Assembly: GCA_004356825.1 (NCBI GenBank)
Contig: SMXC01000249.1
Location: 21,885-85,884 of the forward strand
Origin: Caldithrix sp.
Lineage (GTDB): Bacteria; Zhuqueibacterota; Zhuqueibacteria; Oceanimicrobiales; Oceanimicrobiaceae
DNA: 64,000 bases
Direction: 5' to 3'
The notes below the pieces were generated by a model. That model saw nothing but the letters and a program-made list of their open reading frames with translations, was not told the DNA's origin and searched no databases. A program made the position numbers and the translations under genes. Each line of letters begins with the position of its first letter. Within the stretch, counting starts at the first letter, position 1. This document shows, one piece after another, positions 40,460 to 50,437 of the stretch.

Positions 40460-42112
40460 CTACATCCGTTCCGGCGCTGAAATTCCTAAAAGCTTAAACG
40501 CATTTGCCAGAACAATTTTTGTACACTTAATTAAAATCAATCGCGCTTCTGTCAACGCTTTATCTTCGGTGACGACCCTATGGTGATGATAAAAACGATG
40601 AAAAGTTGCGGCCAGATCCTGTAAATAATTTGGGATGCGGTGCGGTTCCAAAAACTTCGCCGCCTTCGAAACAATGTCGGGAAATTCCAAAAGCTTTTTA
40701 ATTAAAGCCAACTCTTCTTCTTGTTCAAGTAAGTTTAAATTTGCATGATCTGGCATTTTAAAAGCCCGTTCTTCGGCGTGTTTGATAATATTGCAAATTC
40801 GTGCATGCGCATATTGCACGTAGAAAACCGGGTTTTCCTCAGATGTGTTTTTGGCCAAATCTATGTCGAAATCGAGGGGACTTTGGCTGCGCCGTGCGAC
40901 AAAAAAGAAACGCGCCACATCAACACCTACCTCATCAATCAGCTCTTTCATCTCGATGATTTTGCCGGCACGTTTGGACATTTTAACCACTTCACCTTTT
41001 TCCAGCAGATTCACTTGCTGAATGATATTTACCTCAAAACTGCCGTCGGGATAATCGAGAGCAACCAGGGCAGCCTTCATCCGTGGGATATACCCATGGT
41101 GATCAGGTCCCCAGAGATCAAAAAGTTTTTCAAATCCGCGTTGATATTTGTCGACATGGTAAGAAATATCGACCAAAAAATATGTCGGTTCTCCCTCGCT
41201 GGTCACCAAAACACGATCCTTTTCATCCCCGAACTCTGAGGATTTAAACCATTTGGCGCCGTCTTTTTCATAAACATGGCCATTCTCAGACAGGGTCTCT
41301 AAAACCTTTAAATGAACATTCTTGGTCCGCAAATCACTTTCACGAAACCAGATGTCAAAATTAACCCGGAAATCTGAAAGTGTCTGTTGCTGCTCAGCTA
41401 ATATTTTTTCCAAGGCAAGCTCGGAGAACTCCTGCCATCTCTGATTTTGTTCCACCGATCCGAACTTTTCACCATGCTCCGTGTGAATATCCTTCGCTAA
41501 CTGCCGAATGTAATCGCCGTGGTACCCTTCCTCCGGGAAAGGTTCCTCTCGACCTATTAATTCCATGTAACGCGCACTGAGAGACTTGCCCAAAAGCCTT
41601 ATTTGCCGGCCAGCATCATTAACGTAGTATTCTCTTTTCGCGTCAAATCCGACGGCATTAAACAGGTTGACCAACACATCTCCCACGGTCGCTGCCCGTG
41701 CATTGACCACATTTAAAGGCCCGGTAGGATTAGCGCTCACAAACTCAATCTGCACCTTTTTTCGAGCGCCCCAATCACTACAGCCAAATTTATCCAGCTC
41801 TTTGAGTATCGTGGTTAAAGACTCGCCCAAATATTGATTTTCGAGATGAAAGTTAATAAACCCTGCGCCGGCAATTTCTGCTTTTGATACAATCTTTGAA
41901 TCCAAATCTAATTCGTCCAGCAATTCCGCGGCAATCTCTCGAGGACTTCGTTTTAATTTTGAAGCGAGCAACATCGCAACATTGGTTGCAAAATCACCGT
42001 GCTCCGGATTCTTGGGCCGTTCCAGTGTAATTTCAAACTCACCAGAGCAGGCAAATCCTTTTGACTCGAGCGCTTTCGAAAGTTTTGTTTTTAGGTATTC
42101 TTGTTCTGACAT
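40460..42112 (-). CDS. argS: Arginine-tRNA ligase.
   Basis: 550 aa. N-terminal add-domain. SANPTGPL...NAR region. KMSKR motif (VVKMSKRAGKII). DALR anticodon-binding domain and the typical C-terminal ...ERM. HIGH motif reads NVVN. Confidence 0.9.
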   Translation of the reverse strand: MSEQEYLKTKLSKALESKGFACSGEFEITLERPKNPEHGDFATNVAMLLASKLKRSPREIAAELLDELDLDSKIVSKAEIAGAGFINFHLENQYLGESLTTILKELDKFGCSDWGARKKVQIEFVSANPTGPLNVVNARAATVGDVLVNLFNAVGFDAKREYYVNDAGRQIRLLGKSLSARYMELIGREEPFPEEGYHGDYIRQLAKDIHTEHGEKFGSVEQNQRWQEFSELALEKILAEQQQTLSDFRVNFDIWFRESDLRTKNVHLKVLETLSENGHVYEKDGAKWFKSSEFGDEKDRVLVTSEGEPTYFLVDISYHVDKYQRGFEKLFDLWGPDHHGYIPRMKAALVALDYPDGSFEVNIIQQVNLLEKGEVVKMSKRAGKIIEMKELIDEVGVDVARFFFVARRSQSPLDFDIDLAKNTSEENPVFYVQYAHARICNIIKHAEERAFKMPDHANLNLLEQEEELALIKKLLEFPDIVSKAAKFLEPHRIPNYLQDLAATFHRFYHHHRVVTEDKALTEARLILIKCTKIVLANAFKLLGISAPERM

Positions 42113-42113
42113 G

Positions 42114-42572
42114 CTATTCGTCTTTTACTTCGATAATTTCCGCGTCCCCCCAAAGTCTCTCTAAACTATAAAATTCCCTTCGCGCCGGTTGAAACACATG
42201 CACTAAAACGCCAATATAGTCAAGCAAAATCCACTCCTGGTTCGATTGCCCTTCAATATGAAGCGGCCGGATTTTATCTTTTTTTAACGTATCAAAAATG
42301 TGGTCTGAAATTGCTTTAACTTGAGTGTTTGTAGAACCGGAACAGATCACAAAATAATCTGTCATGGTCGTGAGTGGGTGCAGTGTTAAAATCTGGACAT
42401 CGATTGCTTTTTTTTCTAAAGATAGATTTGCGACTTTTTCCGCAAGTTTTTTAGAATCCAAATAACTTATTCCCTCCTTTTTTTTCACAAAAAATATGCC
42501 CGACCAATGACATCGTTTGGTAGGACTTTTCCTTGTACCAAATAGGCATTCGCGATTACAAATTTCAAACAA
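42114..42572 (-). CDS. rsfS: Ribosome silencing factor RsfS (Iojap-like).
   Basis: Conserved DYFVICSGSTNTQVKAISDHI...WILLDYIGVLVHVFQPARREFYSLERLWGDA. The ORF track's N-terminal extension is probably not translated; the true start is likely an internal non-ATG codon about 30 codons in. Confidence 0.75.
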   Translation of the reverse strand: MFEICNRECLFGTRKSPTKRCHWSGIFFVKKKEGISYLDSKKLAEKVANLSLEKKAIDVQILTLHPLTTMTDYFVICSGSTNTQVKAISDHIFDTLKKDKIRPLHIEGQSNQEWILLDYIGVLVHVFQPARREFYSLERLWGDAEIIEVKDE

Positions 42573-42628
42573 GCACGGGGAATGGCAAATTAAGGATTGT
42601 TCGGGACTCCACGATAGAACGCTATATC

Positions 42629-43561
42629 TTAAAGCTTTTGCGTTTTAAACCATTTGATGGTTCTGCCCAACCCCTCACCGAGAGAAATTTTAGGTTCCCA
42701 TCCCAAAATAGTTTTCGCCTTCTCAATATTGGGCTGGCGAACTTTGGGATCGTCAATTGGAAGCGGGTTGTAAATAATCTCGCTTTTACTGCCGGTCAAT
42801 TTGATGATCCTTTCTGCCAACTGTTTGATTGTCATCTCATTTGGATTGCCGATATTAACCGGTTCATGGTGATCGGAAACCATCAGGCGGCAGACACCTT
42901 CAATCAAATCATCCACGAAGCAAAAACTTCGAGTTTGTGATCCATCTCCAAAAATTGTGATCGGTTGATTTTTCAAGGCTTGGGGAACGAAAGCCGGAAT
43001 AGCACGCCCATCTTTCGGCCGCATTCTGGGACCGTAAGTGTTAAAGATTCTTACTATTTTCGTATCCAGGCCGTGAAACCGATGGTACGCCATTGTAATC
43101 GCTTCTGCGTACCTTTTTGCTTCATCATAAACGCCGCGTGGCCCAACGGGGTTTACATGGCCCCAATAATCTTCCGTTTGCGGATGCACCTGGGGGTCAC
43201 CGTAAACCTCGGATGTGGAGGCAAGCAGAAATGTTGCTTTCTTTTCCCGCGCCAAACCGAGCGCTTTATGCGTTCCCAATGCCCCAACTTTTAATGTCGG
43301 GATTGGTAGTTCTAAATAGTCTTTTGGGCTGGCTGGTGAAGCAAAATGGATCACATAGTCGATCGGTCCGGCACAATATATATACTCGGTGACATTATGC
43401 TTGATAAATTTAAATTTTTCTCCCTGCAAATGCTCGATATTCGCAACCGTGCCAGTTAACAAATTGTCCATGGCAACGACTTCATGCCCTTTATTCAGCA
43501 GGTACTCGCAAATGTGTGAACCTAAAAACCCGGCTCCACCTGTTACTAACGTTCTTTTCAT
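42629..43561 (-). CDS. UDP-glucuronate decarboxylase (UDP-xylose synthase-like) SDR.
   Basis: 310 aa. [11 protein letters not shown] Rossmann motif. STSEVYGDP. Catalytic YDEAKR (YxxxK). Whole-length similarity to UXS1-type enzymes. Confidence 0.85.
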   Translation of the reverse strand: MKRTLVTGGAGFLGSHICEYLLNKGHEVVAMDNLLTGTVANIEHLQGEKFKFIKHNVTEYIYCAGPIDYVIHFASPASPKDYLELPIPTLKVGALGTHKALGLAREKKATFLLASTSEVYGDPQVHPQTEDYWGHVNPVGPRGVYDEAKRYAEAITMAYHRFHGLDTKIVRIFNTYGPRMRPKDGRAIPAFVPQALKNQPITIFGDGSQTRSFCFVDDLIEGVCRLMVSDHHEPVNIGNPNEMTIKQLAERIIKLTGSKSEIIYNPLPIDDPKVRQPNIEKAKTILGWEPKISLGEGLGRTIKWFKTQKL

Positions 43562-43572
43562 AATTTCCTTTT

Positions 43573-44586
43573 TTAATTAATTATTTCAAGATTTTCTGCA
43601 ATTCCTTTCGACACTTTCCAGTCGAGAATTAAGTCTGAATCAATTTCTTTGTGATATACAATCAAACCTTCGGTTTCAGGTAACCTTTCAATGAAATCCA
43701 ATCCTTTTTCCGGACCGAGTACAAAAACCGCTGTGGCATAAGCATCAGCCAAGGCCGTAGTTTCTGAAAAAATCGTGACACTGACAACAGGAGAGGCCGG
43801 ATAACCGGTCTCCGGGTTCAAAATATGATGAAACCGTTTCCCGTTTACTTCAAAGTAACGCTCGTAATCTCCGGAGGAGGCCACGGCTGCCTCATCCATT
43901 TTTATTTTGGCAAAAAATCCAGCAATTTTTCTCGGGTGACGAACCCAAATAGTCCGCTGTCCTTGGGTTAATTCCCCGGCAACGGCTCGCAGATCCCCAC
44001 CCGCTTCAACCATAAAATCTTTATAGTCATATTTTTCAAAAACTTCAACTGCCCTGTCAACCGCGTAGCCTTTCGCAATCGCCCCTAAATCTATCCCCAT
44101 ATTTGCTTCAGGTAAAAAAACTTTATCGTCTTTAATAACAATCTTTCTAAAATCAACTAGCTTGCGCTTTTCTAAAACTTCAGCTTCTGTTGGTACTCGG
44201 GGGTTCGAAGATTTAAAGTTCCACAGATCCAGTAAAGGTAAAATTGATACGTCAAATGCACCTTCGGAAGTTTCAGCCACTTGCCGGGCTTGCTTCAGAA
44301 GCTCCAGAACATATTTGTGAACTGAAATCCCTTTTTGTCCGGCATTTAAATTTATCTGCCCGACGTCGCTGGAATCGTTAAACGAAGTTGCCAGGTCTTC
44401 AATTTGCCGCATTTTCTCAAACGCCTGCTCAACGTGCTGCTGCCAATTCTCGGGTTCCTGTTTTGCATAAATTGTAATGGACACCAAAGTGTCCATTACA
44501 ATTTGCTTCTTCTCGAATAGCTTAATATCATTGCCGCGACATCCGAAAAAGAAAATCAGACATATAGCGGAACAAGAACTGCGCAA
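43573..44586 (-). CDS. apbE: FAD:protein FMN transferase ApbE (lipoprotein).
   Basis: 337 aa. Lipobox FFFGC. ApbE motifs [32 protein letters not shown]. Confidence 0.8.
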   Translation of the reverse strand: MRSSCSAICLIFFFGCRGNDIKLFEKKQIVMDTLVSITIYAKQEPENWQQHVEQAFEKMRQIEDLATSFNDSSDVGQINLNAGQKGISVHKYVLELLKQARQVAETSEGAFDVSILPLLDLWNFKSSNPRVPTEAEVLEKRKLVDFRKIVIKDDKVFLPEANMGIDLGAIAKGYAVDRAVEVFEKYDYKDFMVEAGGDLRAVAGELTQGQRTIWVRHPRKIAGFFAKIKMDEAAVASSGDYERYFEVNGKRFHHILNPETGYPASPVVSVTIFSETTALADAYATAVFVLGPEKGLDFIERLPETEGLIVYHKEIDSDLILDWKVSKGIAENLEIIN

Positions 44587-45567
44587 TCAACTCTCCCGAG
44601 TCGTTATAAACTCTACCAATTTTATCAAAGATCTTTTGTAGGGCGTTTCCGGGTAGCGGTCTAAACTTTTGATCGCTTTTGCACTATATTCATTAGCGGT
44701 TTTTATGGCGTATTCAACGCCGCCGTATTCTTTAACAAACGCAACGATCTCGATCAGGTCATTTTTATTCGGGTTATTTTTTATCTTTCGAATCACCCGT
44801 CGGGACTCTGATTTCTTTGCTTGTTTCAAAGCATAAATCAGCGGCAAAGTAATCTTACTTTCACGAATGTCATGACCAAAAGGTTTGCCGGTTTTCTTTT
44901 CTTTGCCTACGATGTCCAGCAAGTCATCTTTGATTTGAAAAGCAATGCCGATATTCTCCCCGAAATCTTTCATCGCAATTATATCTTCTTCATTCTCGCT
45001 TGAAGAGACAGCCCCTAACTGGCAGGCAGCGGCTAAAAGTGAGGCTGTTTTATCACCGATGAGTTTGAAATAGACCTCTTCTCCCATTCGATAATCTTTC
45101 CTTCTCTCCAAACCCAGCAATTCTCCCTGAGCCATTCTTTCTGCGGTCTCGGAATAAATTTCATAAGCACGCATGCTTTTTAAACTCAGCATTGCCAGAA
45201 GGGATTTTGATAAGAGGAGGTCCCCCATCAAAATCGAAACTTTATTTTTCCAAATGGAATTAACCGCGGGGAGGCCTCGGCGCCGAGGCGAACTATCGAC
45301 AACATCGTCGTGCATTAGGGTTGCAGTGTGCAGCAGTTCCATAATAGCAGCGGCTTTTAGTTTGCGGCTGTCTAATGCAACACCGTTATGCATCTTACTT
45401 GTCAGTATAACAAAGATTGGTCTCAGGCGTTTGCCCTTTTGGCGAACAATATATTTGACCACCTTATCGATCAAAAAAACATTCGAACTCAGCAGTTTTT
45501 TAAACTCTACTTCGTAATCTGACAGTTCTTTTTTTATCGGCTCACAAATTTCTTTTAAAGTTAGCAT
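44587..45567 (-). CDS. ispB: All-trans polyprenyl-diphosphate synthase (IspB-like).
   Basis: 326 aa. First DDxxD (LMHDDVVDSSPRRRG). Second DD motif (KDDLLD). Start overlaps the apbE stop. Confidence 0.85.
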   Translation of the reverse strand: MLTLKEICEPIKKELSDYEVEFKKLLSSNVFLIDKVVKYIVRQKGKRLRPIFVILTSKMHNGVALDSRKLKAAAIMELLHTATLMHDDVVDSSPRRRGLPAVNSIWKNKVSILMGDLLLSKSLLAMLSLKSMRAYEIYSETAERMAQGELLGLERRKDYRMGEEVYFKLIGDKTASLLAAACQLGAVSSSENEEDIIAMKDFGENIGIAFQIKDDLLDIVGKEKKTGKPFGHDIRESKITLPLIYALKQAKKSESRRVIRKIKNNPNKNDLIEIVAFVKEYGGVEYAIKTANEYSAKAIKSLDRYPETPYKRSLIKLVEFITTRES

Positions 45568-45796
45568 CCGTCTCTGGTCAAAAAAATCAGACGAATATAA
45601 GCATTAAAAGTTTCTTTGTCAATAAAAACTAAGAGTCTTGAAAGAACGGATTGCCTGACATCTTTATACGCTCGTCTTTGCGAGGCTTTTTTACCGAAAC
45701 AATCTCAAACATCCGGCAATGAAAGGATTGTTTGGCGGAGTTTGTCCTCGGCTACGTCGAAAGGCTCGCATAGACAATAACTTTTGAACAAGGACT

Positions 45797-47299
45797 CTAA
45801 CTATGTACGGCAAGCGACTCAGTTACTTCAGATGAGGGCAGCGAAATGGTAAAGGTCGTACCCTCATTCAATTTACTATCAACCAGAATCTTACCGCCCT
45901 CTCTCTCGATAATCATATGTGAGACATACAACCCCAATCCGGTGCCAACACCAACTTCTTTTGTGGTAAAGAACGGTGAAAACAAGCGCGGCAAATTTTC
46001 CTCAGGGATGCCGATACCTGTATCGGAAATTTGAATGTCAACTGATTTTTCACGGCTCTTCTTGATTGAAATTACGAGCTGCCCTCCATTCGGCATCGCT
46101 TGAATTGCGTTAATAATGATATTTAACAACACTTGCTTGAGTGAGTCCATGTTGAAATAAGCAAATGTATTTGGTTTGCCCTCGAAAATGTACTCGATAT
46201 TTCTGGCGATAAACTCTTTTTCAATAAGCGCCATGGTATCTGCAACAAGTTTTTCCAAATCGATCGATTCGTTTTCATATTCTGAATGCCGTGAATATTC
46301 CAACAGACTATTAATTATCTTAGAAGCACGTTTAACATTTTTGCTGATAATCTCCAATTTTGCCGAGATGTCATTACTTTTTTCCGGCAAAAATTGATCG
46401 ATGTAGTAACGGGCGGTCTCAATGACATTTAAAGGATTCCGTAATTCGTGAGCGATCCCCGAGGCAAGAAGACCAATTGTTGCCATTTTTTCAGATTGAA
46501 TCAAAGATTTTTCGAGTCCCCTTTTTTCGGTAATATTTTTGGAGTAGACCGCAACGGATTCCAATTTACGATCGACATTGAAAATCGGATAGCTCCGGGT
46601 GTCATAAACGTCAGCACCATTCGTTTTTTCAACAGAATGAGGTTTTAAACTGTCAAGGGTTGCTTTTACCGGGCAGCCACCGCAGGACTCGCAATTGAAG
46701 TAAACATCGTAGCACTTTTTCCCGATGAGATTTTCCGGCTGACTATTGCACAGCTCTGCGAATTTCTTATTCGCACGAATAATCTCATAATCCTTGTTAA
46801 CTTCGTAAATAATATCTTCGATGCCGTCGAACATGGTCTGCAATCGATTCTTACTCTCCAACACTTTTTCAAAAAGCTCACGGTTTTTTCTTTCGGACTT
46901 ACGAAGCTTAATATCCACCAGATTTTTTTCGATGGCTCTTTCAACAGCTTTTGGAAGAAGTGTCAGATACCCTGAATCCTTGACGAGATAATCATGGGCA
47001 CCACGTTTTAATGCTTCAACAGCAATCTTTTCATTGCCGTTTGCTGACACAATGATGACCGGTGCGTCAATTCCGGTTTGCTTTATTCTATTAAGAATTT
47101 CTATTCCGTCATATTCCGGCAAACTGTAGTCGAGGATAATGGTTTCGTAGTGATTACGGGTAAGTTTTCTTAAACAGTCCTTTCCGGAAAAAACGGTCTC
47201 AACTTCGATATGAGAATTGTAATTTCGCAAACGCTTTTGAATCAAATTCGCTTGATCCGGATCGTCTTCAACAAGCAGTATTTTTAAAGGACCATCCAT
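45797..47299 (-). CDS. Cytoplasmic hybrid signalling protein: receiver domain, PAS domain, HisKA and HATPase_c histidine kinase.
   Basis: 500 aa. REC (LLVEDDPD..., phospho-Asp in IILDYSLPEYDG, KRGAHDYLVK). PAS-like region containing CESCGGCP. H-box IAHELRNPL. N, G1 and G2 boxes (DTGIGIP, GTGLGL). No TM helix. Confidence 0.8.
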   Translation of the reverse strand: MDGPLKILLVEDDPDQANLIQKRLRNYNSHIEVETVFSGKDCLRKLTRNHYETIILDYSLPEYDGIEILNRIKQTGIDAPVIIVSANGNEKIAVEALKRGAHDYLVKDSGYLTLLPKAVERAIEKNLVDIKLRKSERKNRELFEKVLESKNRLQTMFDGIEDIIYEVNKDYEIIRANKKFAELCNSQPENLIGKKCYDVYFNCESCGGCPVKATLDSLKPHSVEKTNGADVYDTRSYPIFNVDRKLESVAVYSKNITEKRGLEKSLIQSEKMATIGLLASGIAHELRNPLNVIETARYYIDQFLPEKSNDISAKLEIISKNVKRASKIINSLLEYSRHSEYENESIDLEKLVADTMALIEKEFIARNIEYIFEGKPNTFAYFNMDSLKQVLLNIIINAIQAMPNGGQLVISIKKSREKSVDIQISDTGIGIPEENLPRLFSPFFTTKEVGVGTGLGLYVSHMIIEREGGKILVDSKLNEGTTFTISLPSSEVTESLAVHS

Positions 47300-47386
47300 G
47301 GCTCTTTCTATCCAATGGGGAATAATGAGAATTGATAAGGGTAAAATGACTTAAAAACTAAAGGGTCATCCGTGGCACTGGCAGAA

Positions 47387-48130
47387 TTATTTTGGCAGGG
47401 TAAAATAAAAGGTCGCACCTTTGTATTTTTTCGAATCCACCCAAACTTCGCCGCCATGACTCTCAATGACTTGCTTAACGATGGATAAACCCAATCCTGT
47501 GCCGGTCACGTTGTTTTTATTTCGCAGTCGGTTGAAAAGAACAAAAACTTTACTATGGTCAGCGGCCTTAAAACCTATGCCATTGTCGCGCACAAAAAAC
47601 TTATGGAAAATCTCCTCATCAGAATAGCCAATTTCAATTTCACCCCCACGTTTTTCGTGCGAGTACTTGATGGCGTTTCCGATTAGATTTGAAAATACCA
47701 AAACCATAGCACTGGCGTCGCAATTTAACTTAGGCAAGTGTGGCTGCACACGCATATGTATTTTTTTATGATGTAATTCGATAACATGGGAATCCAACGC
47801 TTTGTCGATAATTGTCAGCGCAGGGACTCGCTCAAATCGGTTTTTATCGATTGAAATTTTGGCTAATTTTGTGATATCAGTGAGCAGGCTGTCGACGCGG
47901 TTCAGATTCGTTATAATTCGATCCAGATAGGTTCGGGCCCCTTCAGGGAGGCTGTCATTGTATTCCTCGTACAAAAGGGAAGCAAAGCCCTGAATCGAAA
48001 CAAACGGTGTTCGAAGCTCGTGGGCAATTGTATGAAGATACTGATTCAGCCTATCATCCTTATGGTGAATCTCATCCGGTATAATCTTTACAACTGACTC
48101 GTTCATGATAAACTCACAAGAATTATTCAT
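47387..48130 (-). CDS. Soluble histidine kinase core (HisKA plus HATPase_c only).
   Basis: 247 aa. H-box IAHELRTPF. HATPase boxes NAIKYS, DNGIGF, GTGLGLSIV. No sensor or TM domain. Confidence 0.8.
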   Translation of the reverse strand: MNNSCEFIMNESVVKIIPDEIHHKDDRLNQYLHTIAHELRTPFVSIQGFASLLYEEYNDSLPEGARTYLDRIITNLNRVDSLLTDITKLAKISIDKNRFERVPALTIIDKALDSHVIELHHKKIHMRVQPHLPKLNCDASAMVLVFSNLIGNAIKYSHEKRGGEIEIGYSDEEIFHKFFVRDNGIGFKAADHSKVFVLFNRLRNKNNVTGTGLGLSIVKQVIESHGGEVWVDSKKYKGATFYFTLPK

Positions 48131-48339
48131 ACAAACCGATATAAAACTAATTCATCCACGGTTAAATTCCAAACAAAAAAACCAATATTACCGCTTTTTA
48201 ATAAAAGGGACTTGGATTCCATCGGAGGTTTTACGATTATTTGAGCAAAGGAATAAATCCGTGACCGGTGAGACTAGATTTTAAATATGTGAGGAGTCGC
48301 CCGTGGATTTATAAAAGTTGATTGCTGGCAGGTTTGTGC

Positions 48340-49368
48340 TTACTGCAGATATTTTAAAAACGCCCAGGAGACTGTTTTGAAACCGCTTCTTATACTTTCC
48401 TCCAATGGAACCGCAGACTTTGAATCGCCAGTGCCAATTTCTAAAATAGTGCCGGGCACCGCTTTCAGGTAGTGCGTCAAATCAGGAGAGGGATAGCGGC
48501 TATACTCAATATCCACGACTTTAACGCTTCCTAAAACTTCTTTGGCAGCATTGCTCAAATGGCAAGAAAGCGACTCATCGAAAGTTACAGTTGAATGTTT
48601 TGCTGTTTGAATTTCAAACTCAAGGCCATAAGCCTTAGTCAATCCTTGAACTGATTCTTTAATCAAAGATGGAATCTGGTGCGCCACCGCTTTATCCGAG
48701 CTCGAATAACTACCTTTGACTTCAACAGAGTTGGGAATTGACGTGTCGGCGCTTGAACTATGTATTGAAGAAATCGTGATGTTCGCCGGCTTTAACGGAT
48801 CCGTTTTTCTGCTCGTTAATTGATTTAATGTGGTGATAATATTTGCTGTCGCCGTTATGACATTTGAAGAATTACTTCTGCTAAAAATAGTAAGCGCAAA
48901 ATCCTCAACCGTGGAGAAAACAGAACCAAGTTTGATGCCAACGCACCCCGAGGAAATATTAGAATTGGTTCTCAAATTCCAAAGGCCGCAAATATTCTTG
49001 AGTTCACCTTCCTGAATCGATTTTAGAGAAAAATTAGAACCCGTTTTACTTGTGTGGAAAATGACGCGCAATTGACCCATCATCTGCTCTTTACACGAGG
49101 TCAAAAAACTAAGTGCCCCTAAACCTATGATGGCTTGAACTGGATCATCCATTACAATCCGTAAAGCAATATTCTTCGAGGCGGAATTCTGAATTTGGAG
49201 TTCAGCAACAACCCTGGTTTGTTCTACAATTTTGCTTTCAAGTCCAAATGAGCGTATTATTTTGGAAACAGAATGAACCGTTGGATGCTCGACTTCGCAC
49301 TTTTTGCTAACCTCAATTAAGGCAGGGCTAAATTCTTCTGTTAACCTATTAAATTGTTCCAGAGTCAT
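48340..49368 (-). CDS. Degenerate M20D-family (amidohydrolase/aminoacylase-like) homolog lacking the metal-binding and catalytic residues; probable pseudoenzyme.
   Basis: 342 aa. Collinear with M20D enzymes block by block: IALRIVMDD vs IALRADMDA; FLFQPAEE replaced by VIFHTSKT; HACGHD region replaced by IIGLGA; GHGA replaced by SRSN; C-terminal LKAVPGTILEIGTGD...AVPLEESIRSGFKTVSWAFLKYL matches the M20D tail. Ser/Thr-rich. Confidence 0.5.
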   Translation of the reverse strand: MTLEQFNRLTEEFSPALIEVSKKCEVEHPTVHSVSKIIRSFGLESKIVEQTRVVAELQIQNSASKNIALRIVMDDPVQAIIGLGALSFLTSCKEQMMGQLRVIFHTSKTGSNFSLKSIQEGELKNICGLWNLRTNSNISSGCVGIKLGSVFSTVEDFALTIFSRSNSSNVITATANIITTLNQLTSRKTDPLKPANITISSIHSSSADTSIPNSVEVKGSYSSSDKAVAHQIPSLIKESVQGLTKAYGLEFEIQTAKHSTVTFDESLSCHLSNAAKEVLGSVKVVDIEYSRYPSPDLTHYLKAVPGTILEIGTGDSKSAVPLEESIRSGFKTVSWAFLKYLQ

Positions 49369-49389
49369 TTTGAATACTTCTCAGATTCA

Positions 49390-50376
49390 CTAAAAAAGGT
49401 ACGATATTTCTTCGACAATCCTCTTGACATACTGGTTCAATTCACCTTCAAGCAGGACGCCAGCGGCATATTGATGTCCGCCGCCGCCATATTGCTGGGC
49501 AATGCCATTGATCACATAATTCCCTTTCGACCGCAGGCTCAATTTAACCTGGCCTTTTTCCTTTTCGATAAACATGGCCGTCACTTCAACGCCATCAATT
49601 CTTCTTGGATAATCTGCAAAGCCTTCAGTATCGTAGGATTTCGCACCGATGCTATCAATGAGATCTTTTGTGACGGTCATGACGGCAATCTTGCCGCCGT
49701 GTTCAAGTCTTAAAGTCCGCAATGCATGTGCGAACAATTTCACCTTGTTCATTGACTCGTGCTCTCTTACTTTTTCATAAATCTTGTCTGGGCGGGCGCC
49801 ATTTTTAACCAGATCAGCAACAATCGAAAATGCTTTCGAGCTCGAGTTTGAATATTTAAACCAACCCGTATCTGTTAGAATACTTGTGTATAGCGCCTCC
49901 GCGATTTGCTTTGTAATCTTTGCATCACAGAAACGAAGGAAATCATAAACCAACTCCCCCGTTGAACAGGCTTTTGTATCTATTAAATTTAGTTCGGTAA
50001 AGTTCGGATTCGCAGGATGGTGATCAATACAAATCCGTGTTATCTTAGTTTCTCTTATATCCTTCCCAACCTGCTTCAAACGGTCCCAATCGCTGATATC
50101 TAAAATAAAAATAAAATCAGCCATCAGTAGGATTTCACGGTGACTTTCACTCTCGTAGATTTGAATTTTATTATCGGGATCCAGGAATTTGTAATTATGT
50201 GGCACGGGGCTGCTATTGAAAATATAAACATCCTTCCCCAAATCAGCAAAAAAAGCCGCGAGTGCGGCTTCCGATCCCAATCCATCGCCATCAGGGTTAA
50301 CGTGGGTTGTCAATATGAAACGCTGCCCCCGTTCAATGCAATCCTTTACTTTTTCCAGTGATGTCCTATCAAGCAT
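49390..50376 (-). CDS. nrnA: DHH-family bifunctional oligoribonuclease / pAp phosphatase NrnA.
   Basis: 328 aa. DHH motifs NPDGDGLGS, DxD, ICIDHH. DHHA1-like C-terminus with GGGH. Confidence 0.8.
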   Translation of the reverse strand: MLDRTSLEKVKDCIERGQRFILTTHVNPDGDGLGSEAALAAFFADLGKDVYIFNSSPVPHNYKFLDPDNKIQIYESESHREILLMADFIFILDISDWDRLKQVGKDIRETKITRICIDHHPANPNFTELNLIDTKACSTGELVYDFLRFCDAKITKQIAEALYTSILTDTGWFKYSNSSSKAFSIVADLVKNGARPDKIYEKVREHESMNKVKLFAHALRTLRLEHGGKIAVMTVTKDLIDSIGAKSYDTEGFADYPRRIDGVEVTAMFIEKEKGQVKLSLRSKGNYVINGIAQQYGGGGHQYAAGVLLEGELNQYVKRIVEEISYLF

Positions 50377-50437
50377 GCGGCACTTTCAACCTTTCTCAGT
50401 AATGGGATAACTCTCCTTACCGCCATTAGCTTTTAAA

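Noticed and set aside
45690-45740. 11 bp bulged inverted repeat (CCGAAACAATC...GATTGTTTgGCGG) between the hybrid kinase and ispB.
   Set aside because: No U-tract on either strand and a long 21 nt loop. Insufficient evidence for a terminator or riboswitch.
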